DNA from: Gammaproteobacteria bacterium
Lineage (GTDB): Bacteria > Pseudomonadota > Gammaproteobacteria > Steroidobacterales > Rariloculaceae
NCBI GenBank assembly: GCA_047516145.1
Contig: JAKZVH010000359.1
Coordinates: 1-41,277 of the forward strand
DNA: 41,277 bases
Reading direction: 5' to 3'
The translations under genes were made by a program, and so were the position numbers. Position 1 is the first letter of the stretch. The number at the start of each line of letters is the position of its first letter. The notes under the pieces were generated by a model. It had not been told where the DNA came from. It did no database searches and was given only the letters and a program-made list of their open reading frames with translations. Positions 15,207 through 24,862 of this stretch are shown piece after piece.

Positions 15207-16232
15207 CTACACCGCGTCTTCCAACGCTCCCCACTGGGCGCGGATGCTCTCGGCCAGGCAGAGCTGGCCCGCGGCGCGAACGTGATTGTGCTCCGAGGCG
15301 CTACCAAAGCGGGTCGGATCCCAGCCGAAGTAGCTCTCTCGCAGGGCATCGCCCGCAAATCGCGAGGCGAGTTCCAGCGTGATGCTAAGTGCCGCCGCCG
15401 GCAGCGCCCGCCACTCGTCCCCGGACAACAGATCCCGGGCCTCGCGCGCGTACCCGCCAACCGCGGCGCGAAACAGCGGCACGGAAAAACTCGTCTCGCG
15501 CGTATCTTCCCCCCGAGGGTTGCACCACGAGCGCAAGGCATCGCCCAGTTCAAGGATTACCGGCATGGCTCCCACCGTATCCAGGTCGACCAGGCAGACG
15601 GCATCGTCGGTCACGGCATCGAAGATGAAATTGGAGATCTTCGGGTCGCCGTGAACGATCCGCTCGCCGGTCAGCGGCAGTTCCGGCAGCTCGGCGGCCA
15701 ATTCCAGGATCCGTTCGCCAACGGGCTCGACCTCGTCGAACCGGGGATGATGACGATGCGATGCCAACACGCGTCTCAGTTCCGCCAGATGCGCCGCGGT
15801 GTCGTGCACGCCCAGGCGCGGATTGGAGAAGGTGTGATCCAGATCGCTCACCGCCCGGTGGAATCGTGCCAGCAACGCGCCGGCTTCGCGGGCCTGACGG
15901 GTGTTTTCGAGAGCATCTCTGGAGATGCCAGGCACGAACGTCAGAACTCGCCAAACCTCGCCGTCGTGCACCAGCGCCGCTTCGCCCGTGGGCGTCGGCA
16001 TGAGCCGCGGCGTGGGCAGACCCTTTTCACCAAGATGCTTCGTGATCGCATCGATGTCGTCGTTGATGGTCACCGGGAACATGGGGTTGACACGCTGCAG
16101 AACGAAGCTCTTCCCGGCCGGCGTATCGACCCGCCAACTGGCGTTGATCAGTCCGGACTCAAGCGCGGTCAGTGTTCCGCCGGCGAGTCCGAACATTTCC
16201 AGCACCGCGGTGGACTTGGCCGAACGATTCAT
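15207..16232 (-). CDS. APH/choline-kinase-fold phosphotransferase (homoserine-kinase type II-like)
   Basis: Catalytic loop IVHGDPKISNFIF and metal-binding CLVDLDTVG. ORF 15207..16379 was trimmed to the ATG at 16232 (MNRSAKSTAVLEMFGL). It lies 64 nt downstream of cobQ on the same strand. Confidence 0.75.
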   Translation of the reverse strand: MNRSAKSTAVLEMFGLAGGTLTALESGLINASWRVDTPAGKSFVLQRVNPMFPVTINDDIDAITKHLGEKGLPTPRLMPTPTGEAALVHDGEVWRVLTFVPGISRDALENTRQAREAGALLARFHRAVSDLDHTFSNPRLGVHDTAAHLAELRRVLASHRHHPRFDEVEPVGERILELAAELPELPLTGERIVHGDPKISNFIFDAVTDDAVCLVDLDTVGAMPVILELGDALRSWCNPRGEDTRETSFSVPLFRAAVGGYAREARDLLSGDEWRALPAAALSITLELASRFAGDALRESYFGWDPTRFGSASEHNHVRAAGQLCLAESIRAQWGALEDAV

Positions 16233-16296
16233 GTGTTCCTGAGTAGCGTTCCACGATTGGCCGAGAACCGGGGCATTGTATCGCGGTGCCGCCTGC

Positions 16297-17868
16297 TCAT
16301 GACGCGGCCTTCCGCAGCACCATTGGCCGCGCCGCACAAGCAAGGAGCGCATCGACATCGACTGCTTTCTCAACGCCATCGGCCAGTTTGTCGAGGGCCG
16401 TTTCGACGGCAGCGGTATAGTTCAGACCCGAACTGCCACCGGCTCCGGCCCGCCGCAGCCAGGTCCGGCGAAACTCGTCGTTGGCGAAGACGCCGTGCAA
16501 GTAGCTGCCTTCGATCAGCCCATCGGCGGAGCTTGCCCCGTCCGCCGCGCCTTCCAGATCGAATAATGGCCGGACACGGTCTTCGCCAGTGGTCCCGCCC
16601 ACGTGTATTTCGTAACCGGCCACCGGCAGCCCGGTGCGCACGCAGAGTCCTCGAACTGGACGCACGGTCTTGGACCCGGCCATCTCCGTGTGCACGTCAA
16701 GCAGGCCAAGTCCCTGCGCCTGGCCCGCCCGGCCATCGGCGCCACTCGCGTCGTTGATGCTGCGTCCGAGCAATTGGAAACCGCCGCAGAGCCCCAGCAC
16801 CCGTCCGCCCGCCCTTGCGTGGGAGAGAATATCGTGGTCCCAGCCCTGAGCCCGCAGAAACGCCAGATCGCCCAGCGTGGACTTGGTGCCGAACAGGATC
16901 ACGACATCGGCGTCGCGCGGCAGGGGGCGCCCGGGAGGCACCCAGCGAAAGTCGACCCCGGGTTCCAGCCGCAACGGATCGGCATCGTCGAAGTTGGCCA
17001 TCCGGGACAGCATGGGCGCCACGATCTTTAGCCGGAACCGTTCATCGGGTTTCTTCGTTCGGGCGTCGAGGCGACCGCCGTCGAGCACCACGGCATCCTC
17101 GGCGGGCAGGGCCGCGGCGCAGGCCAGCCAGGGAACGACGCCGAAGCAGGGCCAGCCGGTGCGCGACTCGATGGCGGTGACGCCCGCGTCAAACAATTTC
17201 GGGTCGCCGCGAAACTTGTTGACGACGAATCCCCGGATCAGTGCCGCGTCTTCCGCCGCCAGAACGACTTTCGTGCCGACCAGGCTGGCGATGACGCCGC
17301 CCTTGTCGATATCCCCCACCAGGCAGACGGGGACGCCGGCCTGCCGAGCGAATCCCATATTGGCGATGTCGCCCGCTCGCAGGTTGATTTCCGCCGGGCT
17401 GCCGGCTCCTTCCACGATGATGAGTTCATAGGCGTCGACGAGGCGCCCAAAGCTCTGTAGAACAGCGCCCATGCGCGCATCGCGCCGAGCCATGTAGTCC
17501 GTGGCGCTCATGCTGTCGACAACCTTGCCCCGCACGACCACCTGCGCCCGACGGTCGGACTCCGGTTTGAGCAATACCGGGTTGAAGTCCACTTCCGGTG
17601 CGAGCCCGGCCGCCTGGGCCTGCAGTGCCTGGGCGCGCCCGATCTCGCCGCCCGCGCAGGCAGCCGCATTGTTGGACATGTTCTGCGGCTTGAATGGCGC
17701 AACCGCCACGCCCCGACGGCGGGCGATGCGGCACAGCGCGGCGGCGATGAGCGACTTGCCGACATCGGAGCCGGTGCCTTGCACCATGAGCGCCCTTGCC
17801 GCATGTCTCACCCGCGATCGTCGCAAGGGCGCCGGCGGCCAAGTGCTGTCTGCCGGTGCCATACTCAT
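16297..17868 (-). CDS. cobQ: Cobyric acid synthase
   Basis: N-terminal MVQGTGSDVGKS, with a glutamine amidotransferase domain (GLCGGFQLLG nucleophile Cys, GYEIHVG). The ATG at 17868 forms an ATGA overlap with the btuD stop. An internal ATG at 17787 (MVQGTGS) is an alternative start. Confidence 0.92.
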   Translation of the reverse strand: MSMAPADSTWPPAPLRRSRVRHAARALMVQGTGSDVGKSLIAAALCRIARRRGVAVAPFKPQNMSNNAAACAGGEIGRAQALQAQAAGLAPEVDFNPVLLKPESDRRAQVVVRGKVVDSMSATDYMARRDARMGAVLQSFGRLVDAYELIIVEGAGSPAEINLRAGDIANMGFARQAGVPVCLVGDIDKGGVIASLVGTKVVLAAEDAALIRGFVVNKFRGDPKLFDAGVTAIESRTGWPCFGVVPWLACAAALPAEDAVVLDGGRLDARTKKPDERFRLKIVAPMLSRMANFDDADPLRLEPGVDFRWVPPGRPLPRDADVVILFGTKSTLGDLAFLRAQGWDHDILSHARAGGRVLGLCGGFQLLGRSINDASGADGRAGQAQGLGLLDVHTEMAGSKTVRPVRGLCVRTGLPVAGYEIHVGGTTGEDRVRPLFDLEGAADGASSADGLIEGSYLHGVFANDEFRRTWLRRAGAGGSSGLNYTAAVETALDKLADGVEKAVDVDALLACAARPMVLRKAAS

Positions 17869-18671
17869 ATCGGACCTTCGATTTCGACATGATCGCCATC
17901 GACGCGGCCGCGCACTCCGTATATCTCCGCAAGTCGAGCCGCACTCAGTGTCGTGGCGGGCGATCCGTCGGCGACGATTCGCCCACCCTTCATCCAGATG
18001 AATCGGTTTGCGTAACGCCTGGCGAGCACGACGTCATGGAGCACCACCAGGGCGCCGCCGCCCTGACCGACGAAGGTCTTGATCAGGTCCATGACCCGAA
18101 ACTGGTGGTATGGATCCAGCTCCGCCACCGGCTCATCGGCTATCAGCAGCGGCGCTTCGGCAGCGAACGCGCGGGCGCAGTGCACGCGCGCCAACTCGCC
18201 TCCCGACAGTGTTGCGGTCGAACGTTTGGCCAGTGAATCGAGGTCGCACGAAGCCAACGCACGATCAACGGCCTGGCGGTCGCTGCCGCGCAGTCGCCCG
18301 AGCGCCGCACCGTGGGCGAAGCGGCCAAGCGCCACCACGTCGCGAACCGGATTCGGCCAGGCGAGGGGCCGATTCTGAGGCAGGTAGGCCAGCTGCCGCG
18401 CCCGCCGGCGCGGCGTCATCTCGGCCGTGTCTTGCCCATCGATGCGCGCCCGGCCGGACGTGCGCGGCACCAGTCCAATGGCGCCCCTGAGCAGGCTTGT
18501 CTTGCCGGCTCCGTTGGGCCCCAGCAAGGCGACCAACTCGCCAGCCTGCAGGCCGAACGAGGCGGCTTCGACCAGGACAGCTTCGCCTGCCTTGACGGTC
18601 AGGCCGGTCACCTGAAGCCCGCCGGCGTGACCGCACTGATTCATTCCCCCGTGCCCCTCAGTCATGAACAC
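17865..18671 (-). CDS. btuD: ABC transporter ATP-binding protein, cobalamin/iron-chelate type
   Basis: Walker A GPNGAGKTS, signature LSGGELARV, Walker B LLIADEP. The start is uncertain within 18644-18671. Confidence 0.85.
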   Translation of the reverse strand: MFMTEGHGGMNQCGHAGGLQVTGLTVKAGEAVLVEAASFGLQAGELVALLGPNGAGKTSLLRGAIGLVPRTSGRARIDGQDTAEMTPRRRARQLAYLPQNRPLAWPNPVRDVVALGRFAHGAALGRLRGSDRQAVDRALASCDLDSLAKRSTATLSGGELARVHCARAFAAEAPLLIADEPVAELDPYHQFRVMDLIKTFVGQGGGALVVLHDVVLARRYANRFIWMKGGRIVADGSPATTLSAARLAEIYGVRGRVDGDHVEIEGPI

Positions 18672-19662
18672 TGCGCCTTTGCATGGCGATCCAGATGAAA
18701 GCAGGCGCTCCGATCAATGCCGCCACGACGCCAAGTTTGAGTTCGCTGACCGTGGGCATCAGCCGTACACCGATGTCAGCCAGCACCAGAATCAGGCCCG
18801 CCAACAAGGCGGATGGCAACAGGGACCGCGCCGGATCATGATTCACCATGGGGCGAACGATGTGCGGCGCCACGATGCCGACAAAGCCGATGATTCCCGC
18901 CAGGGCAACCGCGGCGCCGGTGGCCAGTCCCGTGCCCAACACGACCATCAGCCGTTGTCGCCACAGGCTCAGGCCAACTCCGCTGGCCGCTTCTTCGCCC
19001 AGTGTCAACGCCGAGAGTCCGCGCCGCGCGGCGAACAAGACAGTGAGACCGGCGATCAGGAAGGGCGCGGCGAACGCCAGGTCCGGGAAACTTCGATTGG
19101 CCACAGAGCCGAGCATCCAGTTGACCATATCCGCCAGCGTGAACGGGTTGGGTGCCAGGTTCATCATCAGGGTCATTGCCGCCCCGGCGAAACTCGACAG
19201 GCCCACACCGATGAGAATGAGCGTCACCGCCGAAGCCGTCCGCAGCGCCGCAAGGGCGATCAACCCGGTCCCCGCGAGCGCACCGACGATTGCCGCCGTC
19301 GGCATCGCCCAGGCGCTCAGCGCGGCGTAGCCGTAGTACAGCGCTCCGGTAGCGCCCAGGGAAGCCATCGCGGAGACGCCGAGAACGCCCGGCTCGGCGA
19401 GCGGGTTCCTGAGCAGCCCCTGCAGCGCGGCGCCGCTCGTGCCGAGCGCGGCGCCCACTGCAAACGCGGCCAGCGCCCTGGGCAGCCGGATATTCACGAC
19501 GACCAGTTGATCGCCGGGGTCGCCACGACCGATCAGCGCCGCCAGCACCCGATCGATCTCCATCGGCGTCGACCCGAGCAGACAAGCGGCGAACAGCGCC
19601 GCCACACAGGCCAGCGCCAAGCCGGCCGATCCTTGCAGTCCCGTTACGCGATCGGCGGTCAT
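18658..19662 (-). CDS. btuC: FecCD-family ABC permease, cobalamin/iron-chelate type
   Basis: Polytopic FecCD-type sequence (RLPRALAAFAVGAALGTSGAALQGLLRNPLAEPGVLGVS..). ORF 18658..19911 was trimmed to the ATG at 19662, which forms an ATGA overlap with the btuF stop. Confidence 0.88.
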   Translation of the reverse strand: MTADRVTGLQGSAGLALACVAALFAACLLGSTPMEIDRVLAALIGRGDPGDQLVVVNIRLPRALAAFAVGAALGTSGAALQGLLRNPLAEPGVLGVSAMASLGATGALYYGYAALSAWAMPTAAIVGALAGTGLIALAALRTASAVTLILIGVGLSSFAGAAMTLMMNLAPNPFTLADMVNWMLGSVANRSFPDLAFAAPFLIAGLTVLFAARRGLSALTLGEEAASGVGLSLWRQRLMVVLGTGLATGAAVALAGIIGFVGIVAPHIVRPMVNHDPARSLLPSALLAGLILVLADIGVRLMPTVSELKLGVVAALIGAPAFIWIAMQRRSVHD

Positions 19663-20519
19663 TCGGTGTCGCCGTTCGGCGCCGCAGCCGCACCGCGGGC
19701 GAGCGCCTCCACCGCATCCATGAGAAACCAGGCCCCGCAGGCGGTCCAGGCACCCTCGATCGGGACCACGGCACCGCCGTCCAGTTGGGCGCGGGCCACG
19801 GGATGCCGCATTGGACTCCATGCATGCAAATGGTTGGACCGATTTTCGAAGAACGCCGGAACCACCAGATCGGGCTGTTCGTAGGCGAGCCGCTCCAGTG
19901 GAATGGGCCACCAGCCCGGCCGCTTCTGGAAGTTGTCCAATCCCGCTGCGGTGAGCATTTCATGGATCAGCGATCCGGGCCCCGAAGTCACCCCACCGGG
20001 GGTCATGTAAAGCGCATTCGCACCGGGCGCCTGGACGCGCAGCGCCGCCAGGCGACTTTGCATCTCAGCGGCGGCGGTCCGGCCCGCGGCGGCGGATCCG
20101 AGTGCGCGGGCGGTCTCCCTGACCGCCTGCATCGCCGCTTCGATGTCATCGGCCCAGCCGACGTTGAGTACGGGCACGCCGGCTCTCTCGAACAACAGGG
20201 CTGCCTGAGGCCCGCCGCCGTAGGAACGCACCACGAGGTCGGGTTTGAGGACGATGACATCCTCGACCACCGGGCGGACGGTGGGTAGCCCGACCGCGTG
20301 GTCGCGCATGTAGGAGAACTCGCGTCCCGCATCCGGCGACACCGCCGCGATGCGGTCCCGCTCCACAAACTTGAGCACGTACTGATCGGCGCAGAAGTCG
20401 AGGCTGACGATCCGTTGTGGCGGCCGGCCACCGGCGTCCGGCTCACCGAGGTCCATGCTGCAGCCGCCGAGCGCCGTCGCCAATGCAATTGCCAGGCCCG
20501 CTCCGGCTGGCCCGATCAT
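19659..20519 (-). CDS. btuF: Periplasmic substrate-binding lipoprotein of the BtuF/FecB (Peripla_BP_2) type
   Basis: Lipobox ATALGGC, the RIVSLDFCADQYVL start of the fold, and a position between the receptor and the permease. Confidence 0.8.
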   Translation of the reverse strand: MIGPAGAGLAIALATALGGCSMDLGEPDAGGRPPQRIVSLDFCADQYVLKFVERDRIAAVSPDAGREFSYMRDHAVGLPTVRPVVEDVIVLKPDLVVRSYGGGPQAALLFERAGVPVLNVGWADDIEAAMQAVRETARALGSAAAGRTAAAEMQSRLAALRVQAPGANALYMTPGGVTSGPGSLIHEMLTAAGLDNFQKRPGWWPIPLERLAYEQPDLVVPAFFENRSNHLHAWSPMRHPVARAQLDGGAVVPIEGAWTACGAWFLMDAVEALARGAAAAPNGDTE

Positions 20520-20564
20520 CCGGGAGATTTTCCGGTTAGGCCGGCCATCCGATCGGTATTCGCG

Positions 20565-22412
20565 CTAGAAACGCCACCGGGCACCCACCGAGCCGGAGCG
20601 CCCCGGCGTGCCGTAGCCCAGGACTTGCTGATAATGGGCGTCGAGCAGGTTTTCGACGCGCCCATAGACTTCGGAGTTGTCCGCCAGCTCGTACCGGGCG
20701 TTGACGTCGAGGCGGGTCCAATCGTTCAGCTCGATCCCGCCCCGATCGATTTCCCGGCCGTTGTAACGCACCAGGGCAGTCCCGGAGAACGGGCCCGCCG
20801 GATCGAAACTGAGCGCCAGGTCGCCGGAATGCCTGGGCATGCGCAGTAGCGGCGTACCGTTCGCCTCCGTCGCCTTGATGTAGGCATAGTCCGCGGACAT
20901 TGCGAGCGACCCGGTGAGGTCCCACCGGGTCGAGACCTCGATGCCCTCGGATTCCACTTCCGCGATGTTTTCGTAGCCGCCCACGCTGAACGAGAAGTCG
21001 ATCAGGTCCTTCGTATCCTGCTGGAACCAGGTCATGCTGACCCGATCGCGTCCGTTGGTTGACCGCCACTCGGCGCCGATGTCGATACCCACCGAATGCT
21101 CCGGCTGAAGCCCCTCGTTGGGCGCCGCCGCGCCGCAACAGAAAAAGGTCGTCTGGGAGATCGTCGGCGCCTTGAACCCCTGTCCCCAACTGCCGCGCAT
21201 CGTCACGCGGGGGGAGACCTGCCAGGCCGCGGCAACCCGGGCCGTGGTCTCGGAACCGAAGCGGTCATGGTCATCGGAGCGCACGCCGCCCGTGAGCGTC
21301 AGCGCCTCGACGGGCCTCACTTCGTAGAGTGCGAACAGGCCGTTGAGCGCGCTGTGGTTCACGTTGGCGGTCGACTCCTCCCGCTCCGCGCCAATGGCCA
21401 GGGTGTTGCGCGCATCGATGGCCAGGGTGCCCTGGTAGCGGAAAAGGGTGCGCTCGCCTGCGGCGCTATGGCTTGGCGATCCGTCACTGAAATTGCGCCT
21501 GTCGATGGTCGAATGGCCGACCAACAGGAGATTGTCCAGCCGCCCGTCGAGCAGGGGTGCCGTCAGTGAAAGATGAGCCGACAGTTCCTCCGTCTCGTTC
21601 ACTTCGTCACCATCGGCCACGCTGCCCTGCGCGCCGAACAGGAAACTGTCGAATTCGGTCTGAGCGTCGGTGCGCAGCACGCTGCCGTCAATGCGCACGC
21701 CGGCAGGGAGGTTCAGACCGCCCTGGGCGGACACGGTGAGCGAATCGAACCCGTCGTCCTCCGTATTGCCGTTGCGCTCGTCGGCCCGGGATATGCCGTC
21801 TGTGCTCAGTTGCGTTGCAGCGAGACGGAAGTCCCCGGTGGAACCGGAGTTGCTGATCGAAGCCCCACCACGAAACGTGCCGAACGAGCCCGTCTGCCCG
21901 AAGAGATCGCCGCTAAAGCCGTCGCCGGGGCGCTTGGTAATGATGGAGACCACACCGCCGATGGCATCCGTGCCCCACAGCGTCGACTGCGGACCGCTCA
22001 GGATTTCGATCCGCTCGATGTTCTCGGTGTCCAGGCGGGCGAAGTTGAAGCCGCCGCCCGGCGACGACGCATCGTTCACCGACACCCCGTCGATCAAGAC
22101 CAGCGTCTGGCCGCTGGAGGCGCCGCGAATGCGTACGGTGGCGGCACCGCCGAATGCACCGTTTTGGTTGATGGTCACACCCGGCGTGTTGGCGATGGCA
22201 TCCAGGGCATGAGTGAACCCAAGGGCTTCGATTTCCTCGGCGTCGATGACCCGGACCGTCGAGCCAGTCTCCGCGGTGGTCTGTTCGATCCGGGTTCCGG
22301 TAACCACAATGGTATCGATTTCCGATTCTTCCCCGCCGCTTGTCGATTGAGCGGCGGCGGTTGACGAAACGGCCAGGAAGGCCAACCCGATAGTACAGGG
22401 TGAGCGTAGCAT
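20565..22412 (-). CDS. btuB: TonB-dependent vitamin B12 receptor
   Basis: Signal peptide MLRSPCTIGLAFLAVSSTAAA-Q, TonB box DTIVVTGTR, plug and barrel motifs, and a C-terminal ..GARWRF. It lies directly downstream of a cobalamin riboswitch. ORF 20565..22673 was trimmed to the ATG at 22412, which is preceded by GGGAGGGG. Confidence 0.9.
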   Translation of the reverse strand: MLRSPCTIGLAFLAVSSTAAAQSTSGGEESEIDTIVVTGTRIEQTTAETGSTVRVIDAEEIEALGFTHALDAIANTPGVTINQNGAFGGAATVRIRGASSGQTLVLIDGVSVNDASSPGGGFNFARLDTENIERIEILSGPQSTLWGTDAIGGVVSIITKRPGDGFSGDLFGQTGSFGTFRGGASISNSGSTGDFRLAATQLSTDGISRADERNGNTEDDGFDSLTVSAQGGLNLPAGVRIDGSVLRTDAQTEFDSFLFGAQGSVADGDEVNETEELSAHLSLTAPLLDGRLDNLLLVGHSTIDRRNFSDGSPSHSAAGERTLFRYQGTLAIDARNTLAIGAEREESTANVNHSALNGLFALYEVRPVEALTLTGGVRSDDHDRFGSETTARVAAAWQVSPRVTMRGSWGQGFKAPTISQTTFFCCGAAAPNEGLQPEHSVGIDIGAEWRSTNGRDRVSMTWFQQDTKDLIDFSFSVGGYENIAEVESEGIEVSTRWDLTGSLAMSADYAYIKATEANGTPLLRMPRHSGDLALSFDPAGPFSGTALVRYNGREIDRGGIELNDWTRLDVNARYELADNSEVYGRVENLLDAHYQQVLGYGTPGRSGSVGARWRF

Positions 22413-22589
22413 TGATCCCCTCCCGCACCCCTTGGGGTGCACTGTAATGACAACTCCGATCCCGCCAACCGCGACGGGCGCGGCGCTTCGTTTCATGTCG
22501 TTACAAGGAAGAAGGGGCACTTGGCCCGCAAATGCGGGCGCGGCGCTCTTTCCCGTTCGCGGACAATGTGCCCGGCCCACGAACGAACG

Positions 22590-22740
22590 ACGCGATGGCA
22601 GGTCTCCTGACTCGCCGATCAGTGCTCTTTGGCCGCCTTCCCGGAGATTTCTCCAGTGGCCTGTTGGCCGCAAGCTCCCGGCTTACAGTTGCGGGTACAG
22701 CCTCGGAATTCCACCGAGTTCCCTTTTAGCCGTCTCAAGC
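22590..22740 (-). promoter_or_regulatory. Cobalamin (B12) riboswitch, Rfam Cobalamin class
   Basis: The minus strand reads AAAAGGGAACUCGGUGGAAUUCCGAGGCUGUACCCGCAACUGUAAGC .. GCCACUGG .. GGGAAGGC .. AGUCAGGAGACCUGCC (B12 box ending at about 22597). All canonical conserved blocks are present and in the correct order. Confidence 0.92.
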
Positions 22741-22787
22741 CCTCACATCGGTGAGATGCGCGAACCCGGACAGCACCATCTACGGCT

Positions 22788-22817
22788 ATTGTCGTAATTT
22801 CGTCCGGGGGATGTCAA
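22788..22817 (-). promoter_or_regulatory. Candidate promoter for the riboswitch-btuB transcript
   Basis: The minus strand has TTGACA (22817-22812) and GACAAT (22793-22788) with an 18-nt spacer, about 45 nt upstream of the riboswitch core. Confidence 0.35.
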
Positions 22818-22876
22818 ATGGCCCGGGTATTTCACTCTTATGCCGGCGCGGGTGCGAGCGAACGGCACTCGCGAGG

Positions 22877-23479
22877 TCAGTAGTCGATCCCGCGTACGGC
22901 CTTGATGCCTGCGTCGAAGGGGTGCTTGACCGGGCGCATTTCGCTGACGAGATCGGCGTACTCGCAAATGCCCGGTTTCGCGTTGCGCCCCGTGAGGATG
23001 ACGCTGGTGCGCGCCGAACGGGCTTCCAGGCCCTCGATTACGGCCGCTTCGGACAGATAGTCGTATCGCAATGCAATATTGATTTCATCGAGCACGACCA
23101 GGTCGTAGTCGCCGCTTTCGAGCATTTCCCGTGCCTTTTTGAATGCCGCCCCCGCGGTGGCCGTATCGCGGTCGATATCCTGTGTGTCCCAGGTGAATCC
23201 CTCGCCCATCGTGTGCCAGTCGATCTGACCGTCGAACTTTGCGAAGAACTGCCGCTCGCCGGTCTTCCACTTGCCCTTGATGAATTGCACCACGCCCACG
23301 CTCTGATCCCAGCCGAGCGCCCGGACAATCACGCCGAAGGCCGAACTCGATTTGCCCTTGCCGTCGCCGGTATAAACCAGGACCAGGCCCCGGCCCGGCC
23401 CGGATGCCTCGGCGACCCGCTTGCGGTGGGTGGCCTGCTGGATCTTCATTTTCTCAGCGTGTGCGTGGGCGTCAGTCAT
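22877..23479 (-). CDS. cobO: Cob(I)yrinic acid a,c-diamide adenosyltransferase
   Basis: P-loop LVYTGDGKGKSSSAFG, with VVQFIKG, DLVVLDEINIAL and LTGRNA. ORF 22877..23743 was trimmed to the ATG at 23479 (MTDAHAHAEKMK). Confidence 0.9.
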   Translation of the reverse strand: MTDAHAHAEKMKIQQATHRKRVAEASGPGRGLVLVYTGDGKGKSSSAFGVIVRALGWDQSVGVVQFIKGKWKTGERQFFAKFDGQIDWHTMGEGFTWDTQDIDRDTATAGAAFKKAREMLESGDYDLVVLDEINIALRYDYLSEAAVIEGLEARSARTSVILTGRNAKPGICEYADLVSEMRPVKHPFDAGIKAVRGIDY

Positions 23480-23567
23480 GGTCCGGATGTGGTGCGCGCC
23501 GCAGATTGATCGTGAAATATAGCATCCGTTGTTAAACTTCAGTGCAGAACACACTTCCCAGCAGGCG

Positions 23568-24806
23568 ATGAAAAAATACAGCACACCGATCCTCGCCGGA
23601 TTGTTGACCACCGGGCTGGGCTGGACCCACGCCCTGGCGCAATTGCCGCCCGTGCCGGTGCCCGCGGAAAACCCGATCACCGAGCCCAAGCGCGTGCTTG
23701 GCAAGATCCTCTTCTGGGACGAGCAGCTTTCCAGCGATGACACGCAGGCGTGCGGGACGTGTCATCGCCCCGCGGCCGGTGGTGCGGACCCCCGGTTCGG
23801 CCGTCATCGGGGTACCGACAAAGGCACCATCGACGATGTGTGGGGCTCGCCCGGCGTGGTGTTCATGAACGAGGCAGGCGAGCCGGTGGAGCATCCGGAT
23901 TTCGGCTTCGAGCCCCAGGTGACGCAGCGCATCGCGCCCTCGAACTTCGGCGCGCTGTGGGCGGATGAGGTCTTCTGGGACGGTCGGGCAGGATCGCGGT
24001 TCCTGGATCCGCTGACGGGGGAGGTCGCCATCGCCGCGGGCGGCGCGCTGGAGAATCAGGCCCTGAACTCGTTGTCGAATCCCGCCGAAATGACGCATCC
24101 CGGTCGCACCTGGGACGATCTCACCGAAAAACTCCGCCGCGTGCGGCCGCTTGCGCTGGCGTCCGATCTTCCGCCGGACGTGGCCGGCGCCCTGGCCGAG
24201 AACCCGGTCTATCCGGCGCTCTTCGATGCGGCATTCGAAGGGCCGGAAATCACGCCGGTGCGCATCGCCTTCGCCATCGCCGCGTACCAGCGAACCTTGG
24301 TCGCCGACCGGACGCCGTGGGATCGCTACATGGCCGGCGACGAGACCGCGCTTTCGCAGCCGGCGGTATTCGGATGGCAGGTGTTCCAGCGGTTGCGTTG
24401 CGTGAACTGCCATGAGCCGCCGCTATTCACCAACAACGATTTCCTGAACATTGGGCTGCGGCTCATGCGCTATGACTCCGGCCGCGAGGGCGTCACCCGG
24501 GATCCCGAAGACGGCGGCGAGATGAAGGTGCCGAGCCTGCGCAACGTCGGCTTGCGCACACGCCTCATGCACACCGGCGAATTCGGCCGCTTGAGCGAGG
24601 CGATCACTTTCTACAACATGGGCCTGGCGCTACCGGGCCTGGACGAAATCCCCGGGGTGGGTACCTACGTGTTCGACCTCACCGGCTATGACAGCTACGA
24701 TCTGGACGCCTTCCTGAAGTCGGCGCTGACCGATCCCCGGGTCGCCGCGGAGACCTATCCCTTTGATCGGCCGACGCTCGGAAGCGAGACAGGCGCATCC
24801 GATTGA
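23568..24806 (+). CDS. Di-heme cytochrome c peroxidase family protein (CCP/MauG-like)
   Basis: Signal peptide MKKYSTPILAGLLTTGLGWTHALA and two heme c motifs, CGTCH and CVNCH, with spacing typical of CCP. ORF 23529 was trimmed to the ATG at 23568. Confidence 0.85.
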   Translation: MKKYSTPILAGLLTTGLGWTHALAQLPPVPVPAENPITEPKRVLGKILFWDEQLSSDDTQACGTCHRPAAGGADPRFGRHRGTDKGTIDDVWGSPGVVFMNEAGEPVEHPDFGFEPQVTQRIAPSNFGALWADEVFWDGRAGSRFLDPLTGEVAIAAGGALENQALNSLSNPAEMTHPGRTWDDLTEKLRRVRPLALASDLPPDVAGALAENPVYPALFDAAFEGPEITPVRIAFAIAAYQRTLVADRTPWDRYMAGDETALSQPAVFGWQVFQRLRCVNCHEPPLFTNNDFLNIGLRLMRYDSGREGVTRDPEDGGEMKVPSLRNVGLRTRLMHTGEFGRLSEAITFYNMGLALPGLDEIPGVGTYVFDLTGYDSYDLDAFLKSALTDPRVAAETYPFDRPTLGSETGASD

Positions 24807-24862
24807 CAGCCGTGGCCGGACTCCGGCCGCAGATGCCTGCCCGGGTCAGACGACCTCACGCG

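Noticed and set aside
24812-24830. The hairpin cGTGGCCGGA-c-TCCGGCCGC between the convergent peroxidase and ydgA-like genes, and the palindrome ACTGCCGGCAGT (14438-14449) between the MBL and brnA genes, considered as bidirectional terminators.
   Set aside because: The loops are essentially absent (0-1 nt) and there are no flanking U/A tracts. They may still contribute to termination, but the evidence is too weak to annotate.
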